From: Candidatus Woesearchaeota archaeon
GTDB taxonomy: Archaea; Nanobdellota; Nanobdellia; Woesearchaeales; UBA10216
DNA length: 58,965 nucleotides
Assembly: GCA_002688315.1 (NCBI GenBank)
Contig: NZCN01000009.1
Location: 1 to 58,965, forward strand
Direction of reading: 5' to 3'
In this document: positions 10,380 through 19,040 of the stretch, in pieces
Layout: every line of letters starts with the position of its first letter
How positions within the stretch are numbered: the first letter of the stretch is position 1
Notes under the pieces: generated by a model
The model's database searches: none
Seen by the model: the letters and a program-made list of their open reading frames with translations, nothing else
Told to the model about the DNA's origin: nothing
Made by a program: the position numbers and the translations under genes

Positions 10380-11759
10380 TTGAATAAAATAGTTGTGGGG
10401 GCTTATTGGGGAGACGAAGGCAAAGGCAAAATAGTTGATTTGCTAGCTGCTGATTCTGACTGGGTTGTAAGGTATAATGGCGGTGATAACGCAGGCCACA
10501 CAATTGTTGTGGGGGACAAGCAAGTAGTTCTGCATATTCTGCCATCAGGAGTTTTACAAGGGAAAAATGTTGCTATCGGTCCTGATGTTTTCTTTAATCC
10601 AGGAAGTTTTCTCAAAGACTTGAATCATGTTGTGGAAAGCGGTTTTAAGATAACAGGACGCATAGTCATTGACGAAAGAGCTCATGTGATAATGCCTTAC
10701 CACATCAAACTGGAAGGAAATGAAAAAATTGGAACTACCAAGCGAGGAATAGGGCCTGCTGCAAAAGATAAAGCAGAAAGAACAACTGACATAACTATTG
10801 CAGATATGGTTGGAGAGAATTTTTTGGAGAGAATAAAAGAAGTTGTTTCAGAGAAAAAAGAGGAGCTTATTGCTGCAAATATCCTGACCAAAACGTTTGA
10901 TGATGAGAGATACTGCGAAAGAGTTCATGAAGTTTACTCTGAATATGCTTCAAGAATAAAAGAATACGTTGGAGAAACAAGCTATCTGATATATGAAGAA
11001 ACAAAAAAAGGCAGCGTGCTGTTGGAAGGCGCACAAGGAAGTTTACTTGATGTTGTGCATGGAACAAGGCCTTTCATTACTTCCTCAAACACAATTGCAG
11101 GAGGAGCCGCTTCTAATTTAGGAATTGACTTGAGAAAATTCAAGATAATTGGAATAGTTAAAGCATATCCCACAAGAGTGGGAGAGGGGCCTTTCACAAC
11201 AGAACTTGGAAACTATGAAGACGCTAAAACCGAAGAAAAAATGAAAAAACTTAGCGTTGAAGAAAAGAGAAAAGTGATTGAAGGGGACGAGAAGCTACTT
11301 GGAAGATGGATAAGGATGGACGGAGGCGAGTACGGGGCAACTACCGGACGGCCCCGCAGAACAGGACATCCTGATTTTGTTGCTTTAAGATATTCTGCAA
11401 TGATAAACGGAATAGATGAATGGGTTATAACAAAGATTGATGTTTTAGGAGGCAAGACGTTTAAGGCTGCTGTAGCCTATAAGAAAGACACTAAGATAAC
11501 AGAGAAATTTCCTTTCAGACTTGAAGGATGGGAACCAGTTTATTCTCAAAAAGAATATTTCTGGGAAAGCATGACTGAAGAGCAATGCATTCAGGCAGTA
11601 ACTGGTGGTTATGACGTGCTGCCAGAAAAAATGAAGCAGTACATAAGAGACCTTGTAATTTATACAGGCATTCCTGTGAGAATGATTTCATTAAGCCCAA
11701 AAAGAGAAATAACAGTTGTTAAGGATGTTCTATTAAGAACCACAGAATATCTAAAATGA
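10380..11759 (+). CDS. purA: adenylosuccinate synthetase (long form)
   Basis: WGDEGKGK, GGDNAGHT, GTTKRGIGP, EGAQG and GATTGRPRR motifs; TTG start. Confidence 0.96.
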   Translation: MNKIVVGAYWGDEGKGKIVDLLAADSDWVVRYNGGDNAGHTIVVGDKQVVLHILPSGVLQGKNVAIGPDVFFNPGSFLKDLNHVVESGFKITGRIVIDERAHVIMPYHIKLEGNEKIGTTKRGIGPAAKDKAERTTDITIADMVGENFLERIKEVVSEKKEELIAANILTKTFDDERYCERVHEVYSEYASRIKEYVGETSYLIYEETKKGSVLLEGAQGSLLDVVHGTRPFITSSNTIAGGAASNLGIDLRKFKIIGIVKAYPTRVGEGPFTTELGNYEDAKTEEKMKKLSVEEKRKVIEGDEKLLGRWIRMDGGEYGATTGRPRRTGHPDFVALRYSAMINGIDEWVITKIDVLGGKTFKAAVAYKKDTKITEKFPFRLEGWEPVYSQKEYFWESMTEEQCIQAVTGGYDVLPEKMKQYIRDLVIYTGIPVRMISLSPKREITVVKDVLLRTTEYLK

Positions 11760-12349
11760 ATGTGAAAATAAACAGGGCAATTATCAGTTGCTATGACAAA
11801 ACCGGACTAAAAGAATTTGTTAGTGAGTTAATTAAGCTAAATCCTGACATCAAGATATTCAGCAGCAGCGGAACTTTCAATGAGCTAAAAGAAGTTGCTT
11901 CAGGCAATCTTGTAGAAGTTTCTGAATATGTTGGCTTTAAAGAAATGCCTTCAGGACTAGTTAAGACCTTACATCCAAAAATACATTCAGGAATACTGGC
12001 TGATTTAGAAGATGAAGAGCAAAAAAGCTATTTAGAAAAGAATGGAATAGAAATTTTTGATTTGGTTGTAGTAAACTTATATCCGTTTGAAGCCAAAAGC
12101 AGCTTCAAGGAAACAAGAAACAATATTGATATTGGCGGGGTTAGCCTGCTGGAATCTGCTTCAAAGAATTTCTTAAGAGTTTCAATTGTTTGCAATGTTA
12201 ATGATTATGGCAAGTTATTGGAAAAGCTAAAAGAAAGCGATTGCAGTAGCGACGATAACACTAGACTTGAACTTTCTAAAAAAGCTGTTGCCTATTTAGC
12301 CAAATACCTTGCAGACATAAATGATTATTTCAAAGATTTGAAAGTTTAA
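11756..12349 (+). CDS. purH: IMP cyclohydrolase (stand-alone PurH N-terminal MGS-like domain)
   Basis: AIISCYDKTG, VKTLHPKIH, VVVNLYPF and NIDIGG motifs. Confidence 0.88.
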   Translation: MNVKINRAIISCYDKTGLKEFVSELIKLNPDIKIFSSSGTFNELKEVASGNLVEVSEYVGFKEMPSGLVKTLHPKIHSGILADLEDEEQKSYLEKNGIEIFDLVVVNLYPFEAKSSFKETRNNIDIGGVSLLESASKNFLRVSIVCNVNDYGKLLEKLKESDCSSDDNTRLELSKKAVAYLAKYLADINDYFKDLKV

Positions 12350-12361
12350 TTTAAGGACAAA

Positions 12362-12409
12362 ATGAAACAAATTCACTTCGTTCGTAGCTTCATTTTGAGG
12401 TCAAAATGA
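12362..12409 (+). other. putative 15-codon uORF (MKQIHFVRSFILRSK*) within an alternative-hairpin element
   Basis: ATG at 12362 after AAGGA; its stop overlaps the next ATG (ATGA); CAAAATGAA / TTCATTTTG / CAAAATGAA repeats. Confidence 0.4.
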
Positions 12410-13635
12410 AGGATTACAAGAAAAGTTACAAGGAAGTTCTTGGAGATAACTTCCCGAATGATATGGAAATAAGTTTTGGAGAACAGAAACTACAATACAG
12501 GAAAAAAAAGTGGAAGTTTAACAGAGAAGAGATTGGACTGAGATACGGCGATAACCCAGGCCAGGAAGCTGCCTTGTACACGCTGATTGGAGGCAACTTA
12601 AAGCTAGGTGAATGGGAGTTTGTTAATTCTGACGAAGGATTCATAAGCAATCTTGGAGAAAATGAACTTATAGAAACAGGAAAGCACATTGGAAAAAGCA
12701 ATCTTGCTGATTTAGATGCTGCCTTGAACATACTGAAATATTTTGACGAGCCAACTGCGGTAATAGTAAAGCATTCTAATCCAAGCGGAGTTGCAAGCAG
12801 AGAAAGCATAAAAGAAGCTTATGTTGAAGCTAATTTTGCCGACAGAATAGCAGCTTTCGGCGGAGTATTGGTTATAAACAGAAAGATGAACAAGGAAACT
12901 GCAGAAGAAGTTGTCAAAAACTATCTTGAAGTTGCAGCTGCTCCAGAATTTGATGAAGATGCGCTTCAAATTCTTACTACCAGAAAAAACATGAGATTAA
13001 TGAAAATAAAAAAATTAGAAGAACTGCAAAAGTATAAGGGCAAAAGAGTTGTAGAGTTTAAAACTTTAATTGACGGCGGAATAATGGTTCAACAGTCAGC
13101 AGATAATGAAGTTAAAGAATTAGAAACCGCAGAAGTTGAACGTGAAGGGAAAGCTTACAAAGCTAAACAGCCTGAAGAAAAAGAAATAGAAGACATGCTA
13201 TTCGGATGGAAAGTATTGCAAGGAGTTATTTCAAATTCAATGCTATTTGCAAAAGACAAAGTAACTGTTGCTATCTGCGCAGGCGAGCAGGATAGAGTTG
13301 GAGCCACTGAACTTGCAATAATGAAAGCATACAAAAAAGCAGCTGATAGAATTTGCTTTCAAAAATATGAAAAACCATTATGGGAGCTGACTGACAAAGA
13401 AAAGAAAAAAGAAATAGAAGAGGAAGTTGAACAAACAAATGCAAACTTAAAGGGCTCAGTTCTCGCATCTGACGGGTTTCTGCCGTTTAGAGATACAGTG
13501 GATGTTGCAGCAAAGCAAAACATTGTAGGAATAATACAGCCAGGCGGCTCAACAAGGGATTACCAAAGCATAGAAGCATGCAATGAGCACGGAATATCCA
13601 TGGCATTCACTGGCAAAAGAGTTTTCAGGCATTGA
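12406..13635 (+). CDS. purH: AICAR transformylase (stand-alone PurH C-terminal domain)
   Basis: LRYGDNPGQ.AALY, VKHSNPSG, AFGG, ASDGFLPFRD, IIQPGGS.RD and FTGKRVFRH motifs. Confidence 0.9.
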   Translation: MKDYKKSYKEVLGDNFPNDMEISFGEQKLQYRKKKWKFNREEIGLRYGDNPGQEAALYTLIGGNLKLGEWEFVNSDEGFISNLGENELIETGKHIGKSNLADLDAALNILKYFDEPTAVIVKHSNPSGVASRESIKEAYVEANFADRIAAFGGVLVINRKMNKETAEEVVKNYLEVAAAPEFDEDALQILTTRKNMRLMKIKKLEELQKYKGKRVVEFKTLIDGGIMVQQSADNEVKELETAEVEREGKAYKAKQPEEKEIEDMLFGWKVLQGVISNSMLFAKDKVTVAICAGEQDRVGATELAIMKAYKKAADRICFQKYEKPLWELTDKEKKKEIEEEVEQTNANLKGSVLASDGFLPFRDTVDVAAKQNIVGIIQPGGSTRDYQSIEACNEHGISMAFTGKRVFRH

Positions 13636-13676
13636 CGCAAAGATTTATTAACCCTCCTCTGTAACAAAATAAATTA

Positions 13677-14708
13677 ATGATTTGGGATAAACTATTTCAG
13701 AACAAGTTTCTTATAAGAAATGAAGAAGCAGAAGAGTTGATAGAAAATTTTCTTGTTGCAGCAGTTGTATCTGTTCTTGCAATTCGCTTCTACCTAAACT
13801 TGACAGGTTTCCCAACATTAGGAGGAGAACTTCTTCATTTTGCCCACATGCTTTGGGGCGGCTTGTTCATGCTCATATCAATATTTGTTTTGCTGATTTT
13901 CTTAAACAGGTTTACTTTGCGTTTTGCAGCAGTATTAGGAGGAATAGGCTTTGGAACATTTATTGACGAGCTAGGCAAATTCATAACCCATGACAATAAT
14001 TATTTTTTTCAGCCTACAATTGCCATAATTTACCTGATATTTGTGCTTATCTACATGTTATCGCAAAGCATAAACAGGCTGAAGAAGCTGACAAAGCAAG
14101 AATACCTAATAAATGCAATGGAATTTACAAAAGAAGCAGTTTACAATGACTTAGACGGCCATGGAAAGAAACGAGCATTAGAACTTCTAAAAGAAGCTAA
14201 CCAGAAAGATCCGTTAGTAAAAGCTGTCAGAAGCGTGCTTGACAAAGTTGATCTTGTTCCAGTAAAAGAACCAGGGCTCATTTCAAAAACACACCACATT
14301 TTTCACAAATTATACAGAAAACTCATAAAACAAAAAATGTTTTCAACAGCAATAATTTCTTTTTTCGTTATTTACTCATTAGCAACATTAGCATATACAA
14401 TGCGGTTTAGCTTTTCTACTCCTTCATTCATAAGCCTTGGTCATCTGGCATCATCAACTTTAGCATCTGGCTTTATAATAATAGGTCTGTTGAAAATAAA
14501 AAAGTCAAGGACAAACGCGTACAAAATGTTCAAACGAGCAGTACTAGTTGCAATATTCTTAACAAACTTCTTTACATTCTACCAGCAACAACTCACAGCC
14601 TTGCTAGGCTTTGCAGGAAACATACTGATACTGCTAACATTAAGATACATGATTAGCGAAGAAGAAGAGTTTAAAGAATCTTCAGAAGTGACAACTAAAA
14701 AACTTTAA
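13677..14708 (+). CDS. conserved multi-pass membrane protein
   Basis: Several hydrophobic segments; HFAHMLWGG and GFGTFIDELGKFIT.DNNYF motifs. Confidence 0.75.
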   Translation: MIWDKLFQNKFLIRNEEAEELIENFLVAAVVSVLAIRFYLNLTGFPTLGGELLHFAHMLWGGLFMLISIFVLLIFLNRFTLRFAAVLGGIGFGTFIDELGKFITHDNNYFFQPTIAIIYLIFVLIYMLSQSINRLKKLTKQEYLINAMEFTKEAVYNDLDGHGKKRALELLKEANQKDPLVKAVRSVLDKVDLVPVKEPGLISKTHHIFHKLYRKLIKQKMFSTAIISFFVIYSLATLAYTMRFSFSTPSFISLGHLASSTLASGFIIIGLLKIKKSRTNAYKMFKRAVLVAIFLTNFFTFYQQQLTALLGFAGNILILLTLRYMISEEEEFKESSEVTTKKL

Positions 14709-14733
14709 ATAAAAGGCGTAGTGGCTGATTTTC

Positions 14734-15003
14734 ATGGAAAATAAAAAAAAATACGTTGTTGAGTATGACAGGCCGAACTGCATCGGAGCAGGAGCATGCA
14801 CTGCTGCTTCTCCAAAATTTTGGAAAATGAATTATGACAGGGACGGAAAAGCAGACTTAATAGGTGGAAATGAAAAGGAAGACACCACAGCAGTTATTGA
14901 GATAAGTGAGGAAGATTTTGAAGAGATGAAAGCATCAGCAGAGATATGCCCGGTTAACGTTATACGCATAAAGAAGAAAGAAAATAACGAGAAAATTATA
15001 TAA
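14734..15003 (+). CDS. single-cluster ferredoxin
   Basis: CIGAGAC...CPVNVI. Confidence 0.88.
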   Translation: MENKKKYVVEYDRPNCIGAGACTAASPKFWKMNYDRDGKADLIGGNEKEDTTAVIEISEEDFEEMKASAEICPVNVIRIKKKENNEKII

Positions 15004-15013
15004 AAAAAATTAA

Positions 15014-15283
15014 TTAAACTTCAGCTTTATCAACCTTAGCTAATTCTGTAAAAGGGAATGGCCTTTTGTTTGTTGCAAAAGTAGCGTATTTTAGAAAAGT
15101 GTATATCTGGCAGTTCCATATGTGGGAGAACTCAGCCAATTCTTTGCTTCTCTTGCCTGTAACAAGAATCATAACAAAATGAACCAGCACAAGTATTTGA
15201 ATAAGCCCTTTCCATAAACTCAGAATAATCCCAGACACTATAATCACAACAATCCTCATCAAAGCTTCTGTACGTTCAGACAT
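15014..15283 (-). CDS. small membrane protein (DUF4389-like)
   Basis: Two hydrophobic helices; ILVTGKR...L..F and Y.TF.TNKRPFPF motifs. Confidence 0.75.
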   Translation of the reverse strand: MSERTEALMRIVVIIVSGIILSLWKGLIQILVLVHFVMILVTGKRSKELAEFSHIWNCQIYTFLKYATFATNKRPFPFTELAKVDKAEV

Positions 15284-15416
15284 AAAACATCACTCATTAT
15301 TCAATGCAAAACGTTTGGATTTAAATCTTTCTGTTTTCTTGTTCCAAACTAAAAAGCGAGAATTGCGAAGCTTTAAATACCGTTATTTGTTGCCAAAACA
15401 ATAAAGGAGTTTCAAA

Positions 15417-15734
15417 ATGAAAGCTGTTTATTTTAGGTATAATGATGAAGATGCGTTTGAAGATAATAGTATCCACGCTTTAGCCGTTCCTACTCATGGA
15501 GTTATATTGGAAATGGAAACAGTTGTTCCTCAAAAGAATAATCACTATTGGATTAATGAAGACCCTATCCTTATTGCTGAAGCAGAAAAAATTGCTAGAG
15601 GAACGTCTCCAGAAAATAATGGCAAAGTAGTTGAAATTGATGATTCAAGCTCGTTAGCGAAGAATTTAAGAGACGGAACTTTAAGATCTTCAATAGTTGC
15701 CTTGGCTATGCAAGCTATTGTCAACCAAGAATAG
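15417..15734 (+). CDS. hypothetical protein
   Basis: 105-aa ORF with AGGAG SD and TTTAAATA upstream. Confidence 0.6.
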   Translation: MKAVYFRYNDEDAFEDNSIHALAVPTHGVILEMETVVPQKNNHYWINEDPILIAEAEKIARGTSPENNGKVVEIDDSSSLAKNLRDGTLRSSIVALAMQAIVNQE

Positions 15735-15772
15735 AGAAAAAAACCGATTAGTTCTATACGCATTTCCAGTTC

Positions 15773-15807
15773 CACTGTTACACAACAGTGTACAAAACCT
15801 ATATAAA
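15773..15807. promoter_or_regulatory. candidate operator plus TATA box upstream of the purF operon
   Basis: TGTTACA-caacag-TGTACA-AAACCTATATAAA; includes the perfect inverted repeat CACTGTT-N4-AACAGTG. Confidence 0.6.
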
Positions 15808-15914
15808 ATTAGGAGGTTTTATACATTGTTCTCTTACGGATTTTTTGGTTTAGATAGCAGAGGCATAAAATATAAAATAAAGCTCTTAAGCCATTTTATT
15901 GAGGTGTTATAAAC

Positions 15915-17360
15915 TTGTGCGGAATATTTGGGGTTGCCGGAAGTAAAGAAGCTTCTTCTGAAATATATTTAGGGCTTATGCACCTGCAGCATCGCGGGCA
16001 GGATGCTACTGGAATAACAACTTGCAATGTTGAAAGCGGAGAAGTTTACCGAGTTAAAGATGTTGGACTTGTTTCCGAAGTTTTTAATGAAGAAAATATT
16101 AATTCGCTTAAAGGGACTATTGGAATAGGGCATACCCGCTACCCCACTGTTGGAGTTGGCGACAGAGGAGAAGTACAGCCATTCTTTGTCAAGAAACCTG
16201 ATGGATTAGGACTTGCGTTTAACGGAAATATTGTAAATTACCCTCTTCTAAAGAAAAAAATGAAAGAAGAAGGAAGAGTTTACCTGACTTCTAATTCTGA
16301 TGCTGAAGTTATGCTGCAGATATTTGCTGATGAATACGAAAAAAGCACAGGAATGGATAGTGTTTTCAATGCTGTTAAAAAAGTGCATGACGAAGTTATT
16401 GGAGGATACGCAGTAATCATGATTATAGCGGAAAAAGGAATTCTTGCCTTTAAAGACCAAAACGGAATAAGGCCATTGGTAATGGGAGAAAAAGATGTTA
16501 ATGGAAAGAAAAGCTATGCGTTTGCTTCAGAAAGCATAGCGCTGACAATACAAGGCTACAATAATATAACAGATTTAAAGCCAGGAGAAGCAGTTTTTGC
16601 AGGAAATAACGGAGATATTCAAAGAAGAATTATTGACGCTGACAAGGCAGCTTCCTGTGTATTTGAATGGGTATATTTCTCAACAGTTGAATCAACAATC
16701 GATGGAAAACCAGTTTATGAAATAAGAAAAAAGTTAGGACAAGTTTTGGCAGAAAAGATAACACGCAAATGGCCTGACCTTGAAATTGATGCTGTAATGC
16801 CTGTCCCAGACACAAGCAGATCTGCTGCAAACTCTTTGGCTAAAGTTTTGGGAGTGCCTTATGAAGAAGGGCTTATCAAAAACAGATATGTTGGAAGGAC
16901 TTTCATAATGCCTGCGCAAAAAATGAGAGATAATGCTGTAAAGCTAAAGCTTAAACCTGTTGAATCCGTAATCAAAGGAAAAAACGTAATGATTGTTGAC
17001 GACAGCATTGTGAGAGGAACTACTTCAAAAAGAATAGTGAAGCTAGCGCATGATTCTGGCGCAAAAAAAGTTTATTTTGTAAGCACTTTTCCGCCAATAA
17101 CAAGCCCTTGTTTTTATGGAATTGATTTTCAGCGTTCAGAAGAGTTAATAGCAAGCAACAAAACAATAGATGAGGTTGAAAAAGAGTTAGGTGCAGACAA
17201 ATTGATTTACATGGATGTCGGAGGCCTGGAAAACGCTTTAGGAACAAAAGAGCTATGCACAGGCTGCCTGACAGAAAAATATCCAACTTCAACCAAGCAT
17301 GTTAAAGAGCTTGCGGAATTAAGACGAGAGCACCAAGCTAAGATAAGCGAGGGCTGTTGA
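15915..17360 (+). CDS. purF: amidophosphoribosyltransferase
   Basis: MCGIFG (Cys2), QHRGQD, GHTRY and VDDSIVRGTT motifs; TTG start after GAGGTG. Confidence 0.97.
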   Translation: MCGIFGVAGSKEASSEIYLGLMHLQHRGQDATGITTCNVESGEVYRVKDVGLVSEVFNEENINSLKGTIGIGHTRYPTVGVGDRGEVQPFFVKKPDGLGLAFNGNIVNYPLLKKKMKEEGRVYLTSNSDAEVMLQIFADEYEKSTGMDSVFNAVKKVHDEVIGGYAVIMIIAEKGILAFKDQNGIRPLVMGEKDVNGKKSYAFASESIALTIQGYNNITDLKPGEAVFAGNNGDIQRRIIDADKAASCVFEWVYFSTVESTIDGKPVYEIRKKLGQVLAEKITRKWPDLEIDAVMPVPDTSRSAANSLAKVLGVPYEEGLIKNRYVGRTFIMPAQKMRDNAVKLKLKPVESVIKGKNVMIVDDSIVRGTTSKRIVKLAHDSGAKKVYFVSTFPPITSPCFYGIDFQRSEELIASNKTIDEVEKELGADKLIYMDVGGLENALGTKELCTGCLTEKYPTSTKHVKELAELRREHQAKISEGC

Positions 17361-17361
17361 A

Positions 17362-17742
17362 ATGAAAGATGATGAAACAAAAATTCAAGAAATAAAAGAA
17401 GTGCTCAGAGAGTTTGTAAAAGAACGCGACTGGGAGCAGTTTCATACTGAAAAAGACTTGGCAATTGCAATTTCTGTTGAAGCTGCTGAAATACTTGAGC
17501 ATTTCAGATTTAGAAATGGCGAGGATTTGAGAGAGTATCTGGCAAATGACTCTAATAAAAAGGAAATTGCCCATGAACTGGCAGATGTTATGGCATTCTT
17601 AGTAAGACTTGCAGATAAAACAGGCATAGATTTGTCTGAATCGTTTAAAGAAAAGCATGAGATAAATCAATCAAGATTCAGTGTGGAAGAAGCAAAGGGA
17701 AAAGGCTGGATGGACGTCAAGAAAAAAGAAAAACAAAAATGA
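17362..17742 (+). CDS. MazG-like nucleotide pyrophosphohydrolase (dCTPase-like)
   Basis: ERDWEQFH..KDLA.AIS.EAAE and ELADV motifs. Confidence 0.88.
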   Translation: MKDDETKIQEIKEVLREFVKERDWEQFHTEKDLAIAISVEAAEILEHFRFRNGEDLREYLANDSNKKEIAHELADVMAFLVRLADKTGIDLSESFKEKHEINQSRFSVEEAKGKGWMDVKKKEKQK

Positions 17743-19040
17743 AAATACTCGTAGTTGGGGGCGGAGCAAGGGAAAACGCAATAGTGGATGCTCTGATTTC
17801 TGGAGGCGCTGAAGTATATTGCGTAATGCCTATGCTTAATCCTGGAATAAAAAAAGCTGCTAAAGGCTATGCAATTGGAGATACAGAAAATGTCAGCGAA
17901 ATAGCTGAATTAGCAAAGAAAAATGAAATCAAACTGGCTGTAATCGGGCCAGAAGCACCACTTGCAGCAGGAATAGTTGATGAGCTTGAGAAAAATGGAG
18001 TAGGATGTATAGGGCCAACAAAAGAATTGGCAAAATTGGAGACAAGCAAAGGTTTTACAAGAAACTTGCTGAAGAAATACAATATTGATGCTTCTCTAGA
18101 ATTTCAGATATTTGACAGCAGCAATCGTATTGAGATTTTAGAATTTCTAACAAAACTAGGAAACTATGTTATAAAGCCAGATGGATTAACAGGAGGAAAA
18201 GGAGTAAAAGTTTCTGGAGAGCATATTAAAAGCAACGAAGAAGCGCTTGCTTATTGCAATGAAATATTAGAAACACATTCTTCTGTTATTGTTGAAGAAA
18301 AGCTTGAAGGAGAAGAGTTTAGCCTGCAAACGCTTACTGATGGAACTGGCTTTTTACATTTTCCAGTTGTGCAGGACCATAAAAGAGCTTTTGACGGAGA
18401 TACTGGGCCAAATACAGGCGGAATGGGAAGTTATAGTGATTCAAACTTATTGCTGCCATTCTTAACTGCTGAAGATGTTGAAGCTGCCAAGAAAATAACA
18501 GAGCAAGTTGCTGCTGCAATAAAACAAGAAGCAGGAACTTACAAAGGAGTAATGTACGGCGGTTTTATTAAAACTACTTCTGGAATAAAACTAATTGAAT
18601 ACAATGCAAGATTTGGAGACCCAGAAGCTATGAATGTACTGCCGTTGTTAAAAACTAACTTTGTGGATGTTTGCAAGGCGGTAGTTGAAGGAAAGCTTAG
18701 CGAAATAAATGTGGAGTTTGAAAACAAGGCAAGTGTTTGCAAATATGTTGTTCCTCGCGGATATCCTGACAGTCCTGAAGTGGGAAAAATAATTGTTCCT
18801 GTTGATACAAAATCACTGGTTTATTACGCTGCTGTTGAGGAAAAAGAAGACGGAATCTACACTACCAAATCAAGAGGAGTTGCGTTTGTTGGAATTGGAA
18901 ATACAATAGAAGAAGCAGAAAAAGTTGCTGAAGAAGCAGCCTCAAAAGTCGAAGGAACTGTGTTTCATAGAAAAGATGTTGGAACAAAAGAACTGGTGGA
19001 TAAGAGAATAGAGCATGTGAGGCAATTAAATGCAGCTTAA
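17739..19040 (+). CDS. purD: phosphoribosylamine-glycine ligase
   Basis: GGGARE, GPEAPL, QDHKR, GPNTGGMG and EYNARFGDPE motifs. Confidence 0.96.
   Translation: MKILVVGGGARENAIVDALISGGAEVYCVMPMLNPGIKKAAKGYAIGDTENVSEIAELAKKNEIKLAVIGPEAPLAAGIVDELEKNGVGCIGPTKELAKLETSKGFTRNLLKKYNIDASLEFQIFDSSNRIEILEFLTKLGNYVIKPDGLTGGKGVKVSGEHIKSNEEALAYCNEILETHSSVIVEEKLEGEEFSLQTLTDGTGFLHFPVVQDHKRAFDGDTGPNTGGMGSYSDSNLLLPFLTAEDVEAAKKITEQVAAAIKQEAGTYKGVMYGGFIKTTSGIKLIEYNARFGDPEAMNVLPLLKTNFVDVCKAVVEGKLSEINVEFENKASVCKYVVPRGYPDSPEVGKIIVPVDTKSLVYYAAVEEKEDGIYTTKSRGVAFVGIGNTIEEAEKVAEEAASKVEGTVFHRKDVGTKELVDKRIEHVRQLNAA

Noticed and set aside
12349-12406. Programmed frameshift or readthrough joining the purH halves
   Set aside because: Each half has its own stop or start and SD. 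The second has an N-terminal extension typical of a stand-alone protein, and no slippery site is evident
15545-15912. ORFs 15545-15775 (-) and 15697-15912 (+) around the purF promoter
   Set aside because: They overlap a better ORF and the promoter/operator region and have no recognisable features
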